Positions 56,833-64,000 of a stretch of DNA of 64,000 bases are shown here, piece after piece. This DNA is from Acidobacteriota bacterium. Lineage in GTDB: Bacteria; Acidobacteriota; Thermoanaerobaculia; Multivoradales; UBA5704. Below the pieces are notes generated by a model that searched no databases, was not told the origin of the DNA, and worked only from the letters and a program-made list of their open reading frames with translations. Positions within the stretch are counted from its first letter, which is position 1. Each line of letters starts with the position of its first letter. Made by a program: the position numbers and the translations under genes. The DNA lies in NCBI GenBank assembly GCA_040005235.1, contig JBDTZG010000001.1:224001-288000 (forward strand), given 5' to 3'.

Positions 56833-58059
56833 ATGGACTCGTTGATCACTGCCGCGGCGCATGCGCTCGCCGCGGGCGATCCGCTCGGCGCCTTGAAGCG
56901 GGTTGCCCTCCGCGACGACGCGCCGGGTCTGGCGCTGCGCGGCCTCGCGATGGCGCAGCTCGGCGATCTCGCCCGGGCGAGGTCGCTCTTGCAGAGGGCC
57001 GCGCGCGCCTTCGGTTCGAAAGAGGCCGTGGCCCGTGCCAAGTGCGTCGTCGCCGAGGCCGAGATCGCTCTGGTTTCGCGCGACTTGGGTTGGCCCGAAA
57101 GGTCGCTCGACGCGGCGCGGGCGACGCTCGAAAGGTCTGGCGACCGGGCCAACGCGGCGCACGCGCGGGTTCTTGGAATCCGCAGAAACCTTCTCATCGG
57201 GCGCCTGGACGAAGCGGAGCGCGCTCTCGCCGTTCTCGATCCGGCACCCCTGCCCCCCGCACTCCGAGCCGCTCACGAACTGGTGATCGCGGGAATCGCG
57301 GTGCGGCGCTTGCGGATTGAGGTCGCGCGCACCGCCCTTGCCCGCGCCGAACGGGCGGCGCGCGAGGCGCGCATCCCCGCGCTCTTGGCGGAGGTAGAAA
57401 GCGCGGCCAACGTTCTCCAAATGCCCGCCGCGCGCCGGATCGCCGACGGTGAGGAGCGGCTGCTCCGGCTCGATGAGGTCGAGGTGCTGCTCGCGTCGGA
57501 CGCCTTCGTGGTGGATGCGTGCCGTCACGCGGTCTATTGCGCGGGCGCGGCGGTCTCGCTTTCGACCCGGCCGGTGCTGTTCGCGCTCGCTCGCGCGCTT
57601 GCCGAAGCGTGGCCGGGAGACGTCGGGCGGGACGCGCTGATTTCGCGCGCCTTCGGCTCGCGGTTCGTCGACGAATCGCATCGCGCGCGGCTGCGGGTCG
57701 AAATCGGACGGCTCCGCGCGCTGCTCGGCGAAGCGGCCGAGGTGAGGGCCACGAAGCTTGGTTTCTCTCTCGCGCCGCTCAAGGCACGCGCGGTCGTCGT
57801 CCTCGCGCGTCCGGTCGAAGCCGAAGGGGAGCACGCGGAGGTGCTGGCCTTTCTCGCCGACGGCGAATCGTGGTCCAGCTCAGGCCTCGCCCTCGCGCTA
57901 CAGACGAGCCAGCGCACCGTGCAGCGGGCGCTCGACTCGTTGTCGGCATCCGGCAAGGTGCAGGCGGTGGGCGGCGGGCGCGCCCGACGTTGGATGACCC
58001 CTCCTACCTTGGGATTCACGACGACTTTGTTACTCCCGGCTCCTCTGTCGATTGACTAA
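56833..58059 (+). CDS. Helical-repeat + HTH transcriptional regulator, divergent from the DUF899 gene
   Basis: MDSLITAAAHALAAGDPLGAL start; RARLRVEIGRLR OmpR-like wHTH; WSSSGLA..SQRTVQRAL HTH. Confidence 0.8.
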   Translation: MDSLITAAAHALAAGDPLGALKRVALRDDAPGLALRGLAMAQLGDLARARSLLQRAARAFGSKEAVARAKCVVAEAEIALVSRDLGWPERSLDAARATLERSGDRANAAHARVLGIRRNLLIGRLDEAERALAVLDPAPLPPALRAAHELVIAGIAVRRLRIEVARTALARAERAAREARIPALLAEVESAANVLQMPAARRIADGEERLLRLDEVEVLLASDAFVVDACRHAVYCAGAAVSLSTRPVLFALARALAEAWPGDVGRDALISRAFGSRFVDESHRARLRVEIGRLRALLGEAAEVRATKLGFSLAPLKARAVVVLARPVEAEGEHAEVLAFLADGESWSSSGLALALQTSQRTVQRALDSLSASGKVQAVGGGRARRWMTPPTLGFTTTLLLPAPLSID

Positions 58060-58068
58060 GATCCGGCC

Positions 58069-58713
58069 ATGAGCACTTCCACTGCCGAGATCGTTCGTGA
58101 GTACGGCCCGTTTCCGGGGGCCGACCGCGTGCATGGCGTCACCTACGACGGCGAAAACGTCTGGTTCGCTACGGGAGATCGTTTGCAGGCCTTCGATCCC
58201 GAAAGCGGAATGCCGCTGCGCTCCCTCGACGTCGCCGCGCATGCCGGAACCGCGTTCGACGGCGAGCACCTGTTTCAGCTCGCGGAGGACCGCATCCAGA
58301 AGATCGATCCCCAGACCGGCCGCGTTCTAGCGACGATCCCGGCACCCGGAAAAGGCGGCGACTCGGGCCTTACCTGGGCCGAGGGAACGCTCTGGGTGGG
58401 GGAGTATCGGGACCGGAAGATCCATCAGATCGATCCCGAATCCGGGGCGATCCTGCGCACGATCGAATCCAACCGCTTCGTCACCGGCGTCACCTGGCTC
58501 GACGGCGAGCTTTGGCACGCTACCTGGGAAGGGGACGAAAGCGACTTGCGGCGCGTCGATCCTCAGACGGGTGAGGTCCTGGAGAGGCTGGAGATGCCGC
58601 CCGGCATCAACGTTTCGGGGCTTGAGTCCGACGGCGTCGACCGGTTCTTCTGCGGCGGGGGAGGAAGCGGAAAAGTGAGGGCGGTCCGCCGGCCCGGTTC
58701 CGCGACCCGGTAA
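58069..58713 (+). CDS. Glutamine cyclotransferase-like / Vgb beta-propeller protein
   Basis: HGVTYDG, AGTAFDG, SGLTWAEG, GVTWLDG, SGLESDG repeats. Confidence 0.8.
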   Translation: MSTSTAEIVREYGPFPGADRVHGVTYDGENVWFATGDRLQAFDPESGMPLRSLDVAAHAGTAFDGEHLFQLAEDRIQKIDPQTGRVLATIPAPGKGGDSGLTWAEGTLWVGEYRDRKIHQIDPESGAILRTIESNRFVTGVTWLDGELWHATWEGDESDLRRVDPQTGEVLERLEMPPGINVSGLESDGVDRFFCGGGGSGKVRAVRRPGSATR

Positions 58714-58763
58714 TTGCAGCAGGCGCAGCGGGTACAGCGGGCGCTGCTACGATATCGACCTCC

Positions 58764-61259
58764 ATGGCCCGATCTCGCCCGCGCGTCCCGCCTCCCGCAG
58801 CGCCTCCCGTTGCGGGCGTTGCGCCGCGCAACTCCCGCCCCTTCCGTCCCTTCCGCTCGCGCCGGGCGATCGTCTTGGCGGCCGGGGTGGTGCTCCTTCT
58901 CGGTATCGCCGCCTGGTTCGGGCTTCGGCGTTCGGGGCCGCTCGGCGGCCTGCCGCGCGGTCTCGCCCCCGGCGACTTGAACGTCCTCCTGATCACGCTC
59001 GACACCACGCGCGCGGACCGGCTCGGCTGCTACGGCGCCTCGGGGGTGGAAACCCCCAACCTCGACGCGCTCGCCGCGCGGGGCACGCTGTTCGAGCGGG
59101 CGATCTCGCCGGTTCCTCTGACGTTGCCGGCGCATACCTCCCTGATGACCGGCGAGCTGCCGGCGATGCACGGCGTGCGCGACAACGGCGGGTTTCGCGT
59201 CGGGCCTGAGAAGGTCACCCTCGCCGAGGTCCTCGCTGCCCAAGGCTGGGCGACCGGCGGTTTCGTCTCGGCCTACGTGCTCGATCACCGGTGGGGGATC
59301 GGCCAGGGCTTTGGTACCTATTACGACGACTTCGATCTCGCCAAGTTCAAGACCATGAGCATGGGGGACATCCAGCGCCGCGGCGACGTGACGGTCGAGC
59401 ACGCCCTGCAATGGATCGGCGAGCGGGGGGAGGGGAAGAAATTCTTCGCCTGGGTCCACCTCTACGACCCGCATTCGCCCTACGACCCGCCCGAGCCGTT
59501 CGCGACGCGCTACAAGGGGCATCCCTACAACGGCGAGATCGCCTGGACCGACGAGCTGGTCGGCCGCCTGCTGGAGGGTCTCGAAGCGCGCGGTTTGGCC
59601 GAGCGGACGCTCGTCGCGGTGATCGCCGACCACGGCGAGAGCCTGGGCGAGCATGGCGAGCATGGTCACGGCTTCTTCCTCTACGAGCCGACCACCCACG
59701 TGCCGCTGCTGCTCGCGGGACCGTACGCCGGCCTCGCCGGGCGGCGGATCGCCTCGGTGGTGCGCAATGTCGACCTCGCCCCGACGCTGCTCGACCTGCT
59801 CGGGATCGGCGGCCCGGCCGGTTCCGGCGGTTCTGGCGGTGCCGGAGAACGCCTCGTGGGTCAGGGCCGGAGCCTCGTGCCTCTGCTCTCGCAATCCGCC
59901 CCCGCGGACAACCCGCCCGGCTACAGCGAGGCGTTCTATTCCCGGTTCCACTATGGCTGGAGCGAGCTGCGTTCGATCCGAACTAAAGAGTGGCACTTCA
60001 TCGAGGCGCCGAAGCCGGAGCTGTACGACCTCACCGCCGATCCGGGCGAGCTGAAAAACCTGGCGGCCGACGATCGCCGGACGGTCGCCGAGCTGCGCGG
60101 CCGGCTCGCGGCGCTCGACCGCGAAGTGGACGCCGCGATCGAGAAGGAGCGCGCGGCGCACCCCGCCGGATCGAAGTCGGGGGCGGGGGCGCCGGTCGAA
60201 GAGGACGAGGAGACGCTCCGCAAGCTCGCGGCGCTGGGCTACGTCGGCTCGATGGGCGACGCCGCGGCGGGCAAGATCTTCCGCGAGCTGCCCGACCCGA
60301 AAGACCGGCTGGACGTCTACAACCTGATGAACCAGGCGCGCGAGCAGCTCTCCGCCGGCAAATCCGACGAGGCGATCGCCACCTATACCCAAGTGCTCGC
60401 GCTCGATGGCCAGGTGATCGACGCCTGGTTCGGGCGCGGCAACGCGAAGTTCCAGAAACAGCAATGGGCGGCGGCGGCGGAAGATTTCCGCCAGACGCTT
60501 AAGCGGCGGCCCGACCACGACTACGCGATGATCGGCCTCGCCGACACGCTGGTGGCGACAGACCGGATCGACGACGCCGTGCTCGGCTATCGGAAATTCC
60601 TCGACCAGGACCCGGACAACGGCCAGATCTCCTACCGCCTGGCGCAGGTGCTGCTGGACGCCGGACGAGATGACGAGGCGGAGCGCTGGTTCGCCCGCAC
60701 GCTCGAAATCGAGCCGGGCACCGCGCGCGCCGAGGTCGGCCGGGCGGTGGTGGCGTTTCGCAAAAAAGACTTCGGCGGCTCGGAATCGGCGCTCGGCCGA
60801 GCGCTCGCGATCGACCCCAAGGCGCGCCACGCCCGCTACAACCTGGCGCTGGTGAAAGAGTCCGAAGGCGACGTCGGTGGCGCCGAGGCGGCCTACCGTG
60901 CCGAGGTGGCCGATTACCCCGACGCCTACAAGGCGTGGTTCAACCTCGGACGGCTGCTCGCGCGGCGGGGCGACGTGCGCGGGGCCGAAGCGGCGTTTTC
61001 GCGCACCGTCGCCGCGGATCCGGATTTTGCGGTCGGTCGTTTTTACCATGCCCAGGCGCTGCTCGAAGCCGGCGATGTAAAGGGCGCCGAGGCCGAGGCG
61101 CGCCGAGGCCTGGCGCTCGATTCAGATTCCTCGTTCGCGGCGCTCGGGCATTACGTCCTCGCCGACCTGTTGAAACGCGCCGGGCGCGGGGCGGAGTCTG
61201 CGGCCGAGCTGCGCCGCGGCCAGGCGCTCGAAGCGCGCGGCCTGGGCCGAAAGAGATAG
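58764..61259 (+). CDS. Membrane-anchored sulfatase-like protein with C-terminal TPRs
   Basis: TM anchor; LLITLDTTRAD, LTLPAH, HLYDPH, ADHGE, LAALGY; multiple TPRs. Confidence 0.88.
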   Translation: MARSRPRVPPPAAPPVAGVAPRNSRPFRPFRSRRAIVLAAGVVLLLGIAAWFGLRRSGPLGGLPRGLAPGDLNVLLITLDTTRADRLGCYGASGVETPNLDALAARGTLFERAISPVPLTLPAHTSLMTGELPAMHGVRDNGGFRVGPEKVTLAEVLAAQGWATGGFVSAYVLDHRWGIGQGFGTYYDDFDLAKFKTMSMGDIQRRGDVTVEHALQWIGERGEGKKFFAWVHLYDPHSPYDPPEPFATRYKGHPYNGEIAWTDELVGRLLEGLEARGLAERTLVAVIADHGESLGEHGEHGHGFFLYEPTTHVPLLLAGPYAGLAGRRIASVVRNVDLAPTLLDLLGIGGPAGSGGSGGAGERLVGQGRSLVPLLSQSAPADNPPGYSEAFYSRFHYGWSELRSIRTKEWHFIEAPKPELYDLTADPGELKNLAADDRRTVAELRGRLAALDREVDAAIEKERAAHPAGSKSGAGAPVEEDEETLRKLAALGYVGSMGDAAAGKIFRELPDPKDRLDVYNLMNQAREQLSAGKSDEAIATYTQVLALDGQVIDAWFGRGNAKFQKQQWAAAAEDFRQTLKRRPDHDYAMIGLADTLVATDRIDDAVLGYRKFLDQDPDNGQISYRLAQVLLDAGRDDEAERWFARTLEIEPGTARAEVGRAVVAFRKKDFGGSESALGRALAIDPKARHARYNLALVKESEGDVGGAEAAYRAEVADYPDAYKAWFNLGRLLARRGDVRGAEAAFSRTVAADPDFAVGRFYHAQALLEAGDVKGAEAEARRGLALDSDSSFAALGHYVLADLLKRAGRGAESAAELRRGQALEARGLGRKR

Positions 61260-61350
61260 GATCGAATCTTGGCCCGATGATGGCGGCGGAAGTGTGAGGT
61301 TTCGGACTTCAACGGTCGGCTTGTCCCCTGGCGCGCAAGAGGATTTGAGG

Positions 61351-62943
61351 ATGCGGAAGGAAGCGGTGGATTCCCTTGCGCCGGAGGAAGGCGACCGGCG
61401 CGCCGCCGCGGATTCGTGGGGCGCAGCGGCTCCGATCCGTCGCATTCTCGCGGTCGACGACCATCCGGACATTCTGCTGCTGGTCGAGCTGACGCTGCGC
61501 CGCGCCGGCTTCGAGGTCGAGACCGCCTCCCATCCCGGCCGGGTGGAAGCGCTGCTCGATCGCCACGCGTTCGACGCCGTGATCCTCGATCTCTCGCTGC
61601 CCGAAATCTCCGGCCTCGAAGTCTTGCGCCGCCTGCGCGACTCGCCGCGCCATCGCGACCTGCCGGTGATGATCCTGTCCGCCCATGGCGAGAGCGCCGA
61701 TCGGGTACGCGGCCTGCGCGAAGGGGCCAACGACTACCTGGCGAAACCGTTCGAGCCGGAAGAGCTGCTGCTGCGGGTGAAGAACCTGGTCACCGGCCGG
61801 CCGGCCGCCCAGGCGGCCGCAGCACCGCCGACTCACCAGCTCTCGGGCTCGCTCGATGGCTATCCGCTCTGGGACCTGTTGCAGTCGCTGGAGCGCTCCG
61901 CCCGCTCCGGGCGGATTTCGATCGAGCGGGCCGGACAGACGATCGACCTGATTCTTCGCGAGGGGGGCCTGGTCCACTCCCAAGTGAGCGTGCGCGGCAG
62001 CGTTTCGCTGGTCGGTGAAGAAGCGGCGATAGTGGCGCTCACCAGCACCGAAGGGACGTTCCGCTTCTTCGACGAAGCGCCCCGCGTGCCGGCCGAAGCG
62101 CGGCCGGTCGACGTGGCGCACCTGCTGATGACCGCGGCCTGGCTGTCCGACGAGATGGCGAACCGTGCCCCCTTTCTGGTCGACTGGGACGAGCCGATCC
62201 GGCTGGGTGATCGCAGTGCGGTGGAGATCCCTCCAGAGCTGTTGAGCCCGGGGGGCGAGCGGGTGCTCGGCACGCTGGTCGCCGAAGCGAGCACCACCCG
62301 CCGGGCGCTCCACGATCGGGGGCTCGCGGCGCCGGTGACGATCGATCTGCTGCTCGCCACCCTCGCCCAGCACGGCGCTCTGATCTCGCTCGATCCCGTC
62401 GCCACCAGCCGGCGGGAGCAGGTGCGCGCGCTCGCCGCGGTCGATCGGCTCCACGGAGGCGCCCGGGGTCTCGCCTCTACCCACATCCTGCTGCTCGCGT
62501 CGGCCGGCGCCTGGCACCGTTTCATCGCCCAGCTCGGCGCCTGGGTGCCGCCGGTCGAGGGTTGGTGGGAGCGCCTGGAATCGATCGCCCGCGAGCGTGG
62601 CGGCAGCATCAAGCTCGTAAGCCCGGGGGGCGAAGTGGCGCTCCACCTTTTGGCCTTCGACGCCTCGACGCTTGCGCGAGCCGAAAACGTCCTGCCGCTC
62701 TGCCTCGGCGCCGGCATCTGGTGGGGAGACGACGACCCGCAGCTGGCGTCAGGGCTCGTCGAACGGGCGGAACGATCGCCCGGTTTCCTGGCCGGCGTCT
62801 GGATCCCGATCGAGCAGGTCCCGAGCGAAAAAACCGCCGCCGGAGCCGATCCCGTGACCCCGGTCCTCGCCGGCCGAGAGCGGTGGTGCCGGGTCGCCGA
62901 TTCGCCGCAAAATCTCTCTTCGTTCTTGGAAAGTCTCCTCTAG
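61351..62943 (+). CDS. Response regulator with DUF4388 (PATAN-like) domain
   Basis: ILAVDDH, ILDLSLP, GANDYLAKPF, then LSGSLDGYPLWDLLQ...SGRI...GTFRF. Confidence 0.85.
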   Translation: MRKEAVDSLAPEEGDRRAAADSWGAAAPIRRILAVDDHPDILLLVELTLRRAGFEVETASHPGRVEALLDRHAFDAVILDLSLPEISGLEVLRRLRDSPRHRDLPVMILSAHGESADRVRGLREGANDYLAKPFEPEELLLRVKNLVTGRPAAQAAAAPPTHQLSGSLDGYPLWDLLQSLERSARSGRISIERAGQTIDLILREGGLVHSQVSVRGSVSLVGEEAAIVALTSTEGTFRFFDEAPRVPAEARPVDVAHLLMTAAWLSDEMANRAPFLVDWDEPIRLGDRSAVEIPPELLSPGGERVLGTLVAEASTTRRALHDRGLAAPVTIDLLLATLAQHGALISLDPVATSRREQVRALAAVDRLHGGARGLASTHILLLASAGAWHRFIAQLGAWVPPVEGWWERLESIARERGGSIKLVSPGGEVALHLLAFDASTLARAENVLPLCLGAGIWWGDDDPQLASGLVERAERSPGFLAGVWIPIEQVPSEKTAAGADPVTPVLAGRERWCRVADSPQNLSSFLESLL

Positions 62944-62999
62944 TCCGGCCCCTCGGCCGGCCGGCTTTCAAAGACCTAGGGCTCGCGAAAGGGCGATAC

Positions 63000-64000
63000 G
63001 TGGAGCGGCAGACCCTGCTCGTCATCGATGCGCAAGAAGAGCGGCGCCGCGCTCTCGCGACCGGTCTTTCCGAGCTCGCCTACGAGGTGATCCCCGCCGT
63101 CACGCTCGACCAGGGGCGGGCGTTCGCCGCCGGCCTCGATCCGCAGGTGCTGGTGCTTGCCGGAGCGCCGGCCGAACCGCCCGAGTCGTACGCCGATCTG
63201 CTCGCCCGGGCGGAGACCCCCGGCATCACCGTGCTGTTTCTCGCCGCCACTCCGGCGCAGGAGGCCGCAGCGCCCGATCGCACGTTGATTCTGCCCCTCG
63301 CCGTCGCCGCACCCGCCCTGCTGCTCGAACGGGTCCGCCTGCTGCTGCTCGGTCGCGAGTTGCTCCTCGACGCCGACGTCGAACAGGGCGCGCTCGTGGG
63401 CGACGTCTCGCGCTGGCCCTTCTTCGCCCTTCTGCCGCGCCTAGAAGGCGCCAAGGCGCGGGGCCGGCTGGTGCTGCCGGCGGGGGAGATCGTTCTCGAT
63501 CGGGGAGAGGTGGCGTCCGCGCGCGCGGGCCAGGCGACCGGCTTGAAGGCGTTCTGCCGCCTCGCCGCACCCCGGGCCGAGGGGATCTTTCGCTTTTACC
63601 CCGAAAGCACGCCACCCGAGCGGTCGATCGACCTGCCGACCCGCGAGCTGCTCGCGCGCGCGATCGAAGACAGCCTGGGCGAGGCGCCCGATCCGCGGAC
63701 GCGAATCGAGCTGAAGCTCGGCCGCGCCCTATTCGACGCGACGCTCACCCCGCTGCAACGGGAGATTCTCTCGATCGTGGGCGAGGGGATTCTGGTCGGC
63801 CGCCTGCTCGACGGCCTGGCGGCGCCGGACGGCGAGATCGCCCGCGAGATCCGCTCGCTCGAAGCTCGCGGCCTGGTCGAGGTCCGCCTGTTCCGCGAAC
63901 GGGTGGCGATCGTCACCGACTCCTCCGCCGACCTGCCCTACGCGGTGCTCAAGCGCGAGGGCATTCACCTGGTGCCGCTGTCGGTGATCTTCGGCCATCA
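63000..64000 (+). CDS. Pseudo-receiver + DUF4388 + DegV (FakB-like) fusion, truncated by the window end
   Basis: Not in the ORF track. GTG at 63000 reads ERQTLLVID..., LVGDVSRWPFFALL..GLKAFCRL..GIFRF, then VAIVTDSSADLP...IHLVPLSVIFG. Confidence 0.8.
   Translation, partial: MERQTLLVIDAQEERRRALATGLSELAYEVIPAVTLDQGRAFAAGLDPQVLVLAGAPAEPPESYADLLARAETPGITVLFLAATPAQEAAAPDRTLILPLAVAAPALLLERVRLLLLGRELLLDADVEQGALVGDVSRWPFFALLPRLEGAKARGRLVLPAGEIVLDRGEVASARAGQATGLKAFCRLAAPRAEGIFRFYPESTPPERSIDLPTRELLARAIEDSLGEAPDPRTRIELKLGRALFDATLTPLQREILSIVGEGILVGRLLDGLAAPDGEIAREIRSLEARGLVEVRLFRERVAIVTDSSADLPYAVLKREGIHLVPLSVIFGH

Overview
High-GC bacterial DNA whose gene content suggests Acidobacteriota, probably Thermoanaerobaculia (inference). 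About 48 genes can be supported. The centrepiece is a ~19.5-kb Tad/Flp pilus-like locus (13.8-33.3 kb). Its core genes (cpaE, cpaF, tadB, tadC, cpaB, cpaC) are split around a block of unusual genes: a GT-C-like membrane protein, an alpha/alpha-toroid-like exported protein, a sensor-less histidine kinase with two duplicated NarL regulators, two atypical Cys-rich pilins, a secreted protein ending in a bare PVELxxF motif, and an intact gingipain/PorU-like C25 protease. A TPR-lipoprotein/sulfatase-like fusion ends the locus. Elsewhere: a SAM-I riboswitch-controlled hom-metX-metB operon; a candidate sigma54-dependent ~195-nt sRNA with six copies of a 7-nt motif; an orphan lanthipeptide-like precursor; a TIR-STAND-TPR gene broken by one in-frame TAG; an AAA_14/DUF4143 gene with twin palindromic operators; a receiver-DUF4388-DegV fusion; a decayed GNAT gene; REP-like and 21-bp repeats. 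No rRNA, tRNA, CRISPR array or intact mobile element was seen. All calls come from reading motifs by eye, not from database searches.
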